Source of the DNA: Hypanus sabinus
Taxonomy: Eukaryota
DNA length: 64,000 bases
Assembly (NCBI RefSeq): GCF_030144855.1
Contig: NC_082715.1
Span: forward strand, 100,440,001-100,504,000
Direction of reading: 5' to 3'
Shown here: positions 24,997 to 38,359 of the stretch, piece by piece
Numbering within the stretch: the stretch's first letter is position 1
How the letters are laid out: every line of letters begins with the position of its first letter
Position numbers and translations under genes: made by a program
Notes under the pieces: generated by a model
Told to the model about the DNA's origin: nothing
Seen by the model: only the letters and a program-made list of their open reading frames with translations
Database searches by the model: none

Positions 24997-27115
24997 CTAC
25001 ATAACTAACTGCCATGTTTGTTGGATCATAAATGAGGGAATTTATTTTATGCAACAGGCATGGAGAGTCGGTGATGCAAGGCTGGGTTCATTTGCTGCAT
25101 TCAGATGAATTTGCAGGGAGCTGTGTTGTTCTTACATGAAGCTCATATGGACTTAAAATAAATGACCTCGCTAATGAGAATTATTAAATATTTCCGTGAA
25201 CTTGCATTTGTTAGGCATCTCTAATGAAGTAAAATATTCCAATGCATTTTGCAGAAGTATTATCAATGACTAAAGATAAAGGCAAACAAGTTGGTTATGT
25301 TTGAGACAGTTGACAGAGGATAGATCTGGTAGCTCTGGATCCAAGTTTATGACAGAAGTGAAGACAGTGGTTTTGATTTGGAAACACACGCGACTGCAGA
25401 TAATAGAATCTGGATCAAAGACAAACTGCTGCAAGAACTAAATAGATCAAACAGCATTTGTGGAAGCAAATGGGTCAGGGCTAGTATTGGACTTCCTTGT
25501 CTTTAGTTAGAAGAGATTTCTGCCTACCTATTATTTGATATGGCATAAGCATTTTGACAGCTTAAAGGCAGAAGCAGGAGGCAAAGTGCTAATATTAAGG
25601 TCGAGCTGAGTGTCATTCACATGTGAATGGTGACCCTCTGTTTTTGCATAATGTTGATGAGGGCCAGCAGTTTGGTGAAGAATGAAAGATGGCCATTGTG
25701 GATCTTTGCAGCACACTGGAGCCAACAGTGTGGGGATGGTTGAAACATATTTATGTGTGTGGGGAAAAAGCAGCTCTCTATAATTGGAACATTTCTCTCC
25801 TCGTGAGTGGATACGGAGTATTCTGATAATGGATTTTATGCATTCAAACAATAACCAGTCTTACTCATTATAGCAACTAATTGACCTGAGGCATTTCCTG
25901 GTATCTGACATAATTATTTATAACATTCATTTATTTTGGTTTTACGTTGGCCTTATATACAGTTTTTTTCTCTTTTCTCCTGAAGAAACTGCTTATGTAT
26001 TGAATGTGATTAATATTGGGAGGATGGAGGTCAGCCATCAAGTCACGGCTAAGCGTGATTAGCCTGGGCTGTGATTGACAGCAGGCTCTTTGCCTGCAGG
26101 GCGTGCCACAGGCAAGACAAATTTTATCTTCACTCAGCAGCTGAGTGCTCAACTTCCAATTAGGAGTAATTGGACATGGACAATTGAGATACTCCCAGCT
26201 CTTTGCATTTTAAACCCTTTTTGAAATGGGTGAAATCAGCATGGGCCGAAGTTCAAGGTCTTCCCTTGCCTGTGTGGGCAGGTTGCTCAGTAGGGAAGCT
26301 TATTCAGCTGTTGGTTGAATGACGAAAGGTAAATTCATGCACAGCTGGAAGAGAATTCCACTTCCCACTGTATCTATTTCAGTAGCACAACAGGCAAATT
26401 TATGAAGCGTGTGCTCTGCATGATAACATACACAAAGGCATAAATGATGTTGATGTAAATCCTTTTGTAGGCGTATTTATTTTATACATCCATTATTCAC
26501 CTGTCCTCCCTTGTTTGTAAAATCACAATGCAAACCTTTGATAGGACGAAACATTCTATAAATAGGCATCTCTCAGAGCTGCTTGTTGAACAAGGATGTG
26601 GACCTGAACACAGCTGGATGTGGTGTCGCTGACTTAATTAGGGGTTGGTGTGCATGCTAAGCACTCAAATTGAAAATTTGTCATTCATATGGTTTACTCA
26701 ATAAATGACTAAGGTGGTCTAGAATCCCTGGAATTGCCTTTCTCAGCTGTGTAGTCATCTTAATAGTTGCTGAGTACAAGTTGATTTCACAACTCAGGCT
26801 TGGAACTTAGTGTATTCTGTTTATCGATATGTTTGCACTATTTATAAATAGGCTAAAGAAAAAAATATTAGTGGGCATGATCAATAATCTACTCTATGGT
26901 GGTGACATTTTGCTATAATTGAACCATGATGAAGGCAATGTTCTCCTTCCCCCTGTTTCTGGAGAAAATATAGCACTTAAACAAGGAATATTTCTCCAAA
27001 GGTTCTGCAATGCATCTTTAGTTCATGTTCACATCATATGAAAGCTCGTCTGATGTCCCTCTAAACAGTTTATGTTAGCAGGGAGAGATTGCCCCTTGTG
27101 ATACGTTTTCTGGTT

Positions 27116-27865
27116 TCACATTGAGTGAGTGCTTGGAGCAGCCTTCACAATGCCATTCCTAAATGTGTCTGTATTACAATATCCTGAATCACATTTGCAC
27201 TTGAGCCTCGGCTCTCTCTTGCAAGGCCTCTTCTGCCAGGTATCCCTGAAGTGCTTGATCACCAAGTAACTCATCTCACAGACGTTCAGCAGGACACACA
27301 GCGACGAGGAGACGGCCATGCAGTACAGAAAGATTGTCTTCTCTGTTGGCCGACCGACAAAACAATCCACTGTGTTGGGGCAGGGTGCAACCTCACATTT
27401 CAAAAGGCGGGGAACTGAGAAACCATGAAACATCCAGTGAAAAATTAACAAGGAGCCGATCTCAACAATGGTTTTGAACACCAGGCTAAAGAAGTAGGTC
27501 CACCAGAGACCCCCACCTAAGTCCGCTTTGTCTTTGTACAGTTTCTTATGGAGCTTCTTTTCCCGCCGCTCCCTGTAACCCACATGCATGACAACCATAA
27601 GGGAAGGAGTAGAAACCATGATAAGTTGCAGAGCCCACAGTCTTGCATGTGACACAGGGAAGAAATAGTCAAAACACACATTCTCACAGCCGGGTTGCTC
27701 CGAGTTGCAGGTGAAGTCCTTCTGATCGTCGCTCCAGACTCGTTCTGCTGCCACGACGTAGACTAGGACCCTGAATATGAATACAACACTCAGCCAAATT
27801 CTTCCAACTACTGTGGAGTACTGATTCACCCCACTCAAAACATCTTGCAGCAAACCCCAGCTCAT
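27116..27865 (-). CDS. GJB7: Gap junction beta protein (connexin), GJB7/Cx25-like, 249 aa, single coding exon
   Basis: Intact ORF starting [18 protein letters not shown], with connexin E1 C-x6-C-x3-C ([12 protein letters not shown]), E2 C-x4-C-x5-C ([12 protein letters not shown]), RLWALQLI and RPTEKTIF motifs. The very short cytoplasmic loop ([14 protein letters not shown]) resembles human Cx25. Good Kozak context (gcaaccATG). Opposite-strand neighbour of SMIM8, as for human GJB7. Confidence 0.9.
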   Translation of the reverse strand: MSWGLLQDVLSGVNQYSTVVGRIWLSVVFIFRVLVYVVAAERVWSDDQKDFTCNSEQPGCENVCFDYFFPVSHARLWALQLIMVSTPSLMVVMHVGYRERREKKLHKKLYKDKADLGGGLWWTYFFSLVFKTIVEIGSLLIFHWMFHGFSVPRLLKCEVAPCPNTVDCFVGRPTEKTIFLYCMAVSSSLCVLLNVCEMSYLVIKHFRDTWQKRPCKREPRLKCKCDSGYCNTDTFRNGIVKAAPSTHSM

Positions 27866-27888
27866 GGTTGCTCAGTTGCTTGAAGGAT

Positions 27889-27910
27889 CTGTAGAACCTA
27901 GAAAAAAGCA
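27889..27910 (-). other. GJB7: Splice acceptor(s) of the connexin coding exon
   Basis: Minus strand reads tgcttttttctag|gttctacag|atcc. The main AG puts the exon start at 27897, 32 nt upstream of the ATG; a second AG lies 9 nt further into the exon. A 5'UTR intron before a single coding exon is typical of connexins. Confidence 0.65.
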
Positions 27911-28006
27911 ATTCAGGGATTAAATACCACACACTTTTTTGAAATAAAAATATTCTGGGAACTAAAGAAATGATATGCACTCCTTCGCACCTTACTTCCC
28001 ATCATA

Positions 28007-28063
28007 CAGTACTGTGCAAAAGCCTTCGGCATATAGGGTGCCTGTGACTTTTGCACAGTACTG
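28007..28063. mobile_element. 57-bp Tc1-type MITE
   Basis: TA-CAGTACTGTGCAAAAG...CTTTTGCACAGTACTG-TA: perfect 16-bp TIR with TA TSD. Confidence 0.8.
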
Positions 28064-28692
28064 TATTTGTCAACATAGAATTTATAAATCTGGTGGGAGC
28101 AAAGGGTGTTGGGGATGGCGAGGGTGGAGTGCTGTGGGAGAGGTGGCAGAGAAGGAGTGCTGGGGTGGAGAGTGTCCCCGGTGCAGACACACCCAGCCCT
28201 GAGACGCCAGGAAAGGTCATTTGATTCCAAAACAATATGGTTTATTGATCATTACAGAATGCTTGTCTGGTGTTTCCTGTTCCCTCCATTCCCCCTTTCC
28301 CTTTTCCCTACCTTGATTCTCCTCTTCCTGCCCCCTTCCCACAGTCAGTCCACAATAGATACTCATATCAGAATCGGATTTATCATCACTCCCATATGTC
28401 ATGAAATTATTTTTTTTTTGCTGAAGCAGTGCAATGTATAAAATTACTGCACTTACTGATTTAGGAACAGCTTCTTCCCCTCTGCCATCCGATTTCGAAT
28501 GGACATTGAACCATGAACATTACCTCACTACTTTTTTAATTTATATTTTTGCACTACTTATTTAATTTAACTATTTAACTATATATTTATTGTAATTCAT
28601 GTTTTTTCTGTTATTATGTATTGCTGCAAAGACAACAGATCTTAAAATATATGCCAGTGATATTAAACTTGATTCTCATTCCGATTCTGCAC

Positions 28693-28754
28693 CACACAAA
28701 AGTCTTAGGCACCCTAGCTATATGTATGTGCCTAAGACTTTTGCACAGTATGTA
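28693..28754. mobile_element. Second Tc1-type MITE of the same TIR family
   Basis: caaaagtcttaggcac...gtgcctaagacttttgcacagta inverted repeat. Confidence 0.7.
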
Positions 28755-30574
28755 TATAATGCATTGCTCAATTCATGAGATAACAGCATGTTAAATGGGA
28801 GCTGGGTCCCTTAACCTTCCTCTGCCATTTAACAGGACTTGGAGTAACTGAATGATGAGAGACTGCAGATGCTGGAATCCGGAAACATTTAAAAAAAGGA
28901 TGCTGTAAGAGTTCGGTGTGCCAAAGGGCATTTGTGGAGGCAAAAATGTATATCCATAATCTGGGTGGAGGCCCTGCATCAGGGCTGAGAGAGAAGAGGA
29001 AAGGTTGCAGATGTGCTGGGGAGGGTAATGAGATTGATAAGAGGAGAGGGGGAGAGAGAGGCTATTTTCCCAATTTGCAGTCCCATAGGAAAGGAGAAAG
29101 CTGTGGATACTGTAGATAATTCAGTGTGGTAGTGAGAAGGAGAATTGAGGTATTCCACACAATAGTCACCAAATCTATGCCTTGCTTCATAATAAAATGG
29201 ACACATTGTGTGCACCAAATGCAGTGGACTTGGTTAGAAAAGCTCAAATGAATCTCTGCTTCTAAGGGATCTAATCTTTGGGCTCAGCTGTGCTTTGCTG
29301 CCCGAACCCAATAACTCTTCATTCCACAATAGAACAGCAAAAGAAAACTTGATTATTTTTAATGTTTCAGTTTTCATAGCTCTGTGGTTGAGAATTTCAA
29401 AGATTCACAGTCCTCTGAGAGTCAAAACTTCTGCTCATAGTCAGTCTAGATTAGCTAATCACTTCTGAGACTGTGTAAAAGAGAAATGGGGCATCCTACC
29501 CCACCAGCCACCTTATCCTTGAAGCGTCCTGAGAACAGTATGTTTCACTCCAAACCCTTCTTAACTCTAGAGCACAAGCCCGTTCTGCTCAATTTGTCCT
29601 TATGGAACAGCTCACTAACTAGGAATCAAGTTACTGAGCTTCCTCTAAAACCTTGATGAGTGCTGCATATCCTATCTAGGTAAGTAGATCAAAAGCTAAC
29701 CTTGTTCTTTTGTCGAGGACAAGGAATTGAAACAATGTCACTACATTTCTCAGAAGGATTTCAAGTGTTACCTATTATAAATAACTTTGAAATGTAGTGA
29801 GAATGGAAATGTCCAGTACTAGAGAGCATATTTAAGGTGAGAAGAGGGAAGATTAAAGGAAAAATGGTCTCAGCCCAAAATGTCGACTGTTTATTCATTT
29901 CATTAGATGCTACCGGATCTGCCGAGTTCCTCTAGCAGTGTGTGTGTTACACTGAATTTCCAACATCTGCAGAATCTCCTGTGTTTAAGATTAAAGCAGA
30001 TTTACAAGGCATTTTTTCTTACATTGTGATAAGTCCATGAATTCACTGAAATGGCAGATATGACAGGAAGCAGTAGGAGGTATTTAGACAGACACATGAA
30101 CAAGCAGGAAATGGGAGATGTAGACAACCTGCAGGTGGATGGGATTAATTTGGATTAACATCATTGGCAACACAGATATTTTGTACCAAAATCTTGCTCC
30201 TGCTGTACTGTTCTATGTTTTGTGTTGTAATAGTTAATTTCGGAATGATGATGAGATTAATCCTTCTTTTGCCATGAATGTTAATACAAAAATAGTACAC
30301 ATACTTCTAGTATACTCCCTACCCGATATTTAGTCTCATTGGCTTTGGAAGAGTTTTGAAATTGCTCAGTACTCTAATTTAACACTATTGCCCAGACCAA
30401 ATTTCTACTAGTTATAATGTTCCATTTCATCAACATTGGTCTAAGTTTTCATCTATATTTTCCACAGCTGATCGTAAATCGTGTTTCATTGGGCCCCTTG
30501 AGTAATCCTGAAAGGGATGTTTACAATGCTGTAAAAATGCAAAGATTTTTTCTTCAGTTGTCAAGTGTACTCTG

Positions 30575-30792
30575 AGACAAGAAAATCTGCAGATGCTGGA
30601 AGAACCCAGCAGGCCAGGCAGCATCTATGGAAAAGACTAAACAGTCGATGTTATGTGCTGAGATCTTTCTTCAGTACCAGAAAAGAAGGGGAGAAGTCCT
30701 GAAAAAGGGTTTCAGCCTGAAATGTCGACCGTTTACACTTTTTCATAGATGCTGCCTGTCCTGCTGAGTTCTTCCAGAATGTGTGTGTTGCA
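30575..30792. repeat. Penelope-derived foldback repeat (one of >10 related copies: ~1-125, 450-530, 25385-25500, 28860-28990, 29865-29990, 32530-32710, 41500-41690, 53310-53650, 54245-54415, 59030-59200)
   Basis: Shared arms ctgcagatgctgga / gaactcagcaggccaggcagcatcta in inverted orientation around hammerhead-like remnants. Confidence 0.7.
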
Positions 30793-33700
30793 ACTATACC
30801 CTGAAGCCTGGTGCATTTGTGCATTTTAGTTGAAATATCACTAAAAAGAACAGTATCACATTTTTGCATGGGAGGTATGAACTTGGCTGAGGTAACAGAA
30901 GTATGCATCCTGGAATTCAGTTCATTTTCTGGTCCACAGCCAAAATGGACATTATTGTTTTCCAAATGTGGTCTACTCTGAGAAAATAATAATCATAATC
31001 TCAGAAAATGAAATGAGAGTCTTTAAATATTCAATACACCTTGTTATCATCCTAACACCTGCTCTTTTGCTTGCACAGACTCGAGTACAATTAGATCTAT
31101 TAAAGAAACACCTGAAAATTCTAGGACATCCCTGAACTACAAGTTATTTGCCCTTTTACTAAATCCCCAAGTACAGCAAAGTGAATAATCACCGTGGTTT
31201 CTAAATCAATCTTTATAACTCAGTCCCCTCACACTGAGATCAAGCTTATTTATCTTTGCTGCGCCGTTTCAAAACCTTCTGAGTCGAAAATAAAAATTGC
31301 CTTTTCATGGTCTTTTAACAGCAAACTTTCCCATTTGCTACTCACCCTCCAATAATACAAATCGTCATGTAATCCTGATAAATGAGGTTCCAGAACATAA
31401 AGTAAAATTCAAAAGAATTAGACTGTTCTCATGATTTAGTAATATATACACGTTTACCTTTTTGATTGCTATTCTTTAATAAATTAGCAAAGAGTTTACT
31501 CTCACAGATCCCTTTCAAGTGCAGTATTTGTGTGACACCAAAGGTCATGGTTACACTGAAATCAACTGGCTGCAAGAGAGATGCATGCCAATGGGTGGAA
31601 TCTTATCTTGCACAAAGGATGGTGGTTGTGGTTGTCAGAGATCAATCAATCCATTTCCAGCAGATGAGCAGCTCATGCTCAAGACAGCATTCAACATCTA
31701 TGCCTCAATGGTGTCAGGCACTGATCATCACCAACAGGAGAGCTAACTTGCAATCATCAAGTCCACCACCATCAATTTGTTGGTAGCCACCATTAAACAG
31801 GAACTCAGCTAGACCAGCTACGTCAATACTGTGCTCATATGTGTGAGTTAGAGGCTGGGTATTCACCTTCTGATACCCAGGGTCTTTTCACCATCTATAA
31901 GTGTGAAATTATGATAGATTACACTCCACTTGTTTGGGTGAATGCTGTGGCAACAACTCACAAGAAATCCAACACCATTCACAGCAAAGCAACATATTTG
32001 ATTCACAACCTAACAGCCATCCATTCTCTGCACCACCAATGCAGTGTCTGAATTTCTCAAGCCTGTAATCTCTACCATCAGGAACCATGGGAGCAGTGAG
32101 TGCAGAGGATCTCCATTGCCTGAAGCTCCCCTTAAAAGTCACATGCAATCTTCATTTGGAAAGATATCACCCATCCTTCATCATCACTAGCTCTAATTCC
32201 TGGAATTCCTTACCTAACAGCACGATGGGGTGACCTTCAGCTCCTCCTTCTAATAAAATGAAATCTCAAAAGTAAAGAAATGAATCAGTTAGAAAAATGT
32301 TGTGCAACAAGACCATCTTCTTATGTAAACCATTGTTGTCAGAGTTGGGTTGTTTCCTCTCCAGTTCTGAAGTCTGGAAATGCCTGCATATCATACCTTC
32401 CACTGTGCAGTGGCTTTTGCATATCAGCTACCATGTGGTCTTGGCAGAGCAATGACCTCATCTAATATCAAGGATATCCGGAATAATTGGAGAAAGAGCT
32501 GTGATTACATTCACAAAGGTGGACAAAAAGACACACACACAAAATGCTGGCGGAACGCAGCCGCTGATGCAGCATCTTTCCCCCTTTCTTTCTCCCTAGG
32601 CCTCCCATCCCATCATGGGGGGAAAGATGTTGCCCGACCTGCTGCGTTCCACCGGCATTTTGTGTGTGTTGCTTGAATTTCCAGCATCTGCAGATTTCCT
32701 CGTGTTTCCGACAAAGAAACACATTCTGAGCTTCACATTTCCTTTCTCTATTGATTCCTCTCACTGACGGTCACCACTCAGTTTCCAGGCCTGATTATTG
32801 AACACCTCCTCTATCACCTACCACCTGTGCACTCCCCCCCTCCACACTCCCCCCACCCCCCCTGTGGTCTCACCCAGAAATTGCCAAGTGCCTCTCTCAG
32901 AAAAGATCCAGCTGCCTAACCATGCTGGTGGATCACGGTCTCCCAGTGCATTGTGGCAGGGTTGGTGAGTGCCAATGTGACTGAAACAGTTCACAATAAT
33001 CCAGATGTGGCCTGTCCAACATCCCTTCAACTTTTGCAATACTTCTCTATGTCTAAACTCCAACCATTGAGCAATAATTGGAATTATTTTATTATTGTCA
33101 AATGGACTAATAGACAGTGAAAAGCTTGTCTTGCATGCTGTTCATACAAATCAAATCATGATATAGTGCATTCAGGTTGAACAAGGTAAAACAAAAACAG
33201 AATGCAGAATAAAGTTTAACAACTGCAGAGAATATGTGCAAGATCATAACAAGGTATTGAAATTCATGAGGTCATGGGTCCATCTTATTATACCAGGGAA
33301 CCATTCAATGGTCTCATAACAGTGGGGTACAAGCTGTCATTCAGCCTCAGGCTCTGGTGTTTGTACCTTCTGCTTGACAGAAGCTGAGAGAAGAGAGAAT
33401 GTCGGGGTGGGTCTTTGCTGCTTTACTGAGGCAACAAGTAGTATAGACATGGAGGGGAGGGTGGTTTCCATGATGTGATGAGTTGTGTCCCCAGCTCTAT
33501 GCCATTTATCCTTAAAACTACTTGCTAAATCTAGCTGCTAGCTTTTCATCCTTCATGCACAACACCCAGATTCCTCTGTACTCTAGTTATCTGCAAGCTC
33601 CTTCCATCTGATTCCTCCTGATGTGCACAACCTCATATTCTCACACATTACAGTCCATTTGACGAGCTATTCCCCACTCCCTTTGCCCTATCGAGTATAT

Positions 33701-34654
33701 CCCATGGCAGACGAAGATGAGGGGAGAGATTTAGTAGGAACTGGATGGCCAACGTTTTCACCAAGAGAGTATTCTGTGTTTGGAGTAAGCTGTCAGAGGG
33801 AGTGGTTGAGGGAGGCACTTTAACAGCATTTAAAGGGTAAGTGGACACGTACATGGATAGAAACGTTTAGAGGGATCTGGATCAAATATGGGGAAGTGGG
33901 ACAAGCTTAGATCACATATTGGCCATCATGGACTGATTGGGCTGAAGGAGCTGTTTCCATGCTGTATGACTCAATCAGTCTACGATTAAGATGTATCAAA
34001 TACCCAATATGACATTGTCTGTTAAACCTAACACTCTGACAAATGTATTAAACTATTCCATGACATTCCACATTTGCTACAAATTTGCTGGTACTTTATA
34101 TCATTAGTTGGTCCTCTTCCACCAGTGTAAAACAGAAGTTTGGTCATGCAGAGAGGAATTTGTTTATTTGTTGTTGTTCAGGCTTTATTTATAACTTATT
34201 TTCTCTCCTGATCCATTGGCTTTTCAAAGTTATTTACATATGACATAGAAGGGTGCCATTCTGCCCACTGAGTCTATGCTATCTAATGGCACAATCACAT
34301 TCCAACACTAACTTTCCATTTAGCATATTCTTCCCACATTTCCATCAATTCTTTCCATATTCTATTGCCCAAACACACAGTAGGAGCAGTTTACGCTGGC
34401 CAGTTAACTTCCTAATACACACATAAGCAGAGCACTTAGAGGAATCCCATGTGGTCACAAGTGGAACAAACTCTCCAAGTTACAGCACTGTTCAACCATG
34501 TCCTGTCAACTTTAAATCTCAGTGAAGTATGCCTGAAAATCTTTTCAACTATTTACAATTCATGTCTTGCACTGTGCCTTTGCTGCAAAACAACAATTTT
34601 CACAACATACGCTATATCAGTATTAATAAAGCTGATTCTCACATTGATTCTGAA

Positions 34655-35150
34655 GATATTGCATCCGGTGCTCCCGGTGCGGCCTCCTCTACATCGGCAA
34701 GACCAACTCTGCCTCTCATTCCCATCTAGATACGTCCATACATGGTCTCCTCTACTGCCATGATGAGGCCAAACTCAGGTTGGAGGAGCAACACCTCATC
34801 TACCGTCTGGGTAGCCTCCAGCCTGGTGGTATGAACATTGAATTCTCCAATTTCCAGCAATTCCCTCCCCCATCCCAGGTCCCTCTCTGCCCCTCTCCCC
34901 TTTCAACTTTTTGCTTCTTTATCGCTACAGTTCTTTCATGCTTATCCCCTCTCCCCTTTATCTTTCCTCTGATTTTCCACCTGGCACCTCTAGGCCCTAC
35001 CCTCTCCACTATCTCTATTACTGGGCTTCGGCCCTCTCATCTCTCCCCCCCCCGCCCCCCATTCCTGATGAAGGTTCTTGGCCCGAAGCGTTGGCTACTC
35101 TTTTCTCATGGATGCTGCCTGACCTGCTGAGTTCTTCCAACATTGTGTAC
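34655..35150 (+). mobile_element. Penelope-like element 3' end (GIY-YIG C-terminus + pLTR with hammerhead-like motif)
   Basis: EEQHLIYRLGSLQPGGMNIEFSNF, the typical PLE ORF end, is followed by a pyrimidine-rich tract and CTGATGA-aggttcttggccc-GAAG at 35065-35088. Confidence 0.75.
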
Positions 35151-36054
35151 GGATTCTGAAGATATAACAACTAATTTTGGATCCTGCAAGATACTGGAAT
35201 TCCTCATCAGTTAGTATGAAAGAAGACCAATGGAGTGAAAGGACACATTACAAAAGGGGTATTTTCGTGGTGAGAATTTACCTACCCTGATAATACCTCT
35301 TTAAGTTTCCTTGTATCATTCATATGTATGAGTTATCATTGTAACATGTATTTAAGGGTGTGGTTTTCTTATGCTGCTACTTATTTCAGATTCCAATTAA
35401 CTGAGCTGGCAGTTCTGTGTCACATCCCTACTGGCTTTCACTGAATTACTCAAATTACTGTAAATCCCCCAAGGCCAGACACACATATAGTATGTGGTTA
35501 ATTTTGTCTACTCAAAGCTTGGTTACAGAGACCTGGAGCAGTTATTACATTTTCCCTCAGAATTTCTGTTTCGCCTGCTTACTATGTCCCTGCATTATAC
35601 ACGATGAATTAACAACATTTAAACGGCAATTTGGATAGATTGGAAAGGTTTGAAAGAAAATGGGTCAAACAAGCAAATGGTACTAGCCTAGTGGAAATTT
35701 TGGTCAGCATGGACAAGGTGAACCAAAGGGCCTTCTCCTGTCCTTTGTGCCTATTATATTGCATTGAAAGAATTGCATTATTTTTTTTTAAATCTTGCAG
35801 CATTTATTAAAAACAGGTAACTAAAAGTTGGAAAGAATGCATTGGGCTGCTGCACCAATGCATTTAATTTTCAAGTCCTTTGTGCTAAAGCTTTAACAAT
35901 ATGTAAGATTTATATGCTAGATTTAATAGTTAGCAGACACCTTCTTTATCCCAACTAACATTTGCTTGCATTGTGTAGACATCTTAACAGGAACTTCATA
36001 AACAAAGCTAGCTCCAAGCTTAGCAGCAAAGCCTTCCACATGTGGAAAAAAAAA

Positions 36055-36580
36055 GCAGAATGCTGGAAGAATTCAGAAGGTGTGGCAGCATCCCTGGAGG
36101 TAAAAGGTGTATGTTGATGCTTTATGACAAACACCCTTCCTCGGGACTGAGAGCAAAGAGGGAAGTTCGCAAGAGTGGGGCAGAGGCTGGTAGGTGAAAA
36201 CTGGAACCAGATGTGGCTGTGAGGAATATGCAGATTGAATCAGGAGGAGGAGGGGAGGGGAAGGTGAACAAAGAGAGAAGAGACCTAGATGGACAGATGT
36301 GGGAGAAGGGCATCAGGGAGGTAGGTTGCCTAAAACTGGAAAATTCAATTTTTGGTAAAATTGGGTTGTAATCTATCAAACTAGAATATGAGATGTCATT
36401 CTGCCAGTTCACAGTTAACCTCTCTGCAGCAATGCGGAAGGCCACAGGCTAAGTATTATGGGAGTTTGAAGGAGAGTTAAAATGACATGCAACTGGAAGC
36501 TTGAGATGGTCAATGTTCTGCAAAATGGTCACCTGATCTATACTTGGTTTCACCAGTGTTGCGGAGGCTTCACGATCTTC
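36055..36580 (-). mobile_element. Decayed Penelope-like element 3' end
   Basis: Same architecture as 34655-35150 in reverse (PKIEFSSFRQ remnant, purine-rich tract on +, degenerate pLTR). Confidence 0.5.
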
Positions 36581-38359
36581 TAGGTTCTGCCTCCATGCGA
36601 GCTTCTTGAAGGCTGACTTCTTTCAGCAGTCTGTACAGTGCTCCAGGTACCAGCACCTGCAGTGTCTTTTGTCACCCACCTGTAAATCTTGTCACTTGAG
36701 GGCCCAAAACAATTTCGACTTGTGAAACGGACTAACAAAATTTTGACAGCCCACTAAGCTGGTGCCCTTCAAATTTAACGTGGCAAAAGTTTTTGAATGT
36801 TGTCGTTCAAAAATGTACGAAAATATTCAAAAACTGTCATAAATGAATCAATGTGTAAGTTGTTTAAAAAATTGCTTTACAAAAAACAAATTACAAAAAT
36901 TAAACTACCTTAAAACATTTTTTTAATGTTCAGTAAGCTCAACTAAAAATGTCTAAGATATTAACATTTACCTTAATCCTTCAATTATTTTCTTCCATTA
37001 AAGTCACCATGTCTAACTTGGTGCAACGAGTTTGAGCAGATTCCAAAATCAAGTCCTGGAGACTGCTCCAACTACAGGAGTTCTTGGTCTGTGTGTAGTC
37101 AAGAAACTGGTGGTGACCCACTGCCAACAGGCACAGGACACTCCACATGTAAGCATGGATATCTTGCATTTTCTGACATGTATGCAAATTCTAGTCTAGT
37201 ATCTTCACTAAAGGCACAAGCCTCTCACTACCAAGGGTATATTCAGAGGTTGTGCCACAAGAAGGTGTCATCCATTGCACAACACCCTCACCATCCAGGA
37301 CATGACCTCTTCTCATTACTACTATCAGGGGACAAAGTACAGGAAATAAATGTTATGTCTCTGCCCTGTACTACTGCCATAAAACAAATTTTGTATCATA
37401 TATTTCAGTGATATTAAATATGATTCTCATTCTGATCTATTCCTCAAAATTCTGCTGTCCAAATGCTTTCACAAATCCTTGTCTATAACTGCAGCACCAA
37501 CCCTAAAATTCACAAGCTATTTGAGCTCCTTTACTTCGGGCTCCTGTGTATTTCCAGATTTTATTACACTGCAATTAGCAATATTGAACTTGGTAAACTC
37601 CACCCTGAACCCCTCCAGGTCTCTTCTGCATTTTTCTCATTTAGGAAATACTTTAAAGCCAACTTCTTTGTCAAGCTTTTAGCCAGTCTCAATACTGCCT
37701 TAGCAAAGAAAAAATCTCAAAAGCTGGAAATCTAAAATCAAAGAGAAAATGCAGAAAAATTTAAGCAGTGCAGACAACTTCAATGAAGCAGAAGCAGAGT
37801 TGGTATGACAGGTCATAGACTGACTCGTATTTCAAGCATTTTCTGATTTGAATTTTAATACTGCTTTGCATGGGTGGGGGTCAGGTCATTGATAAAAATC
37901 TGTGAAGCTCCTTGACAAATTTTGATAATTCTGAAAGTTTGTCATTATTGTTGAAAATTAGGTCGTTGGACTCCATTTGAAGTTTTGTCTGTGAAACACA
38001 TTGTGCTTTATCCTGATATAGTCCATTGCCCTGAGATTGTTTCATAGATTAACAAACTTCATACTTTAGTTCTGAGCATGTTGCAATGATGAGCACTGAA
38101 CAATGCACAAAGAAATAAACAAACAATTTGTGTTTCTCGTTAAGGTGGATGCACTTAAGAGCAGGGCTGGGAATTCAGTTCACAAGCTTGTCACTTTATG
38201 ATGCGTCGTGAAATATAATTGCTGTAATGAGGATTAGCAGGAATTGGTTTCACATTCAATTACATTCTCTTCATAATTTTAATTCTTACACACAACCCAG
38301 CAGCAAAAATAATTAGCTTGTACCAAGCAACAAATGAGAACAGTGCAAAACGATTCCAT

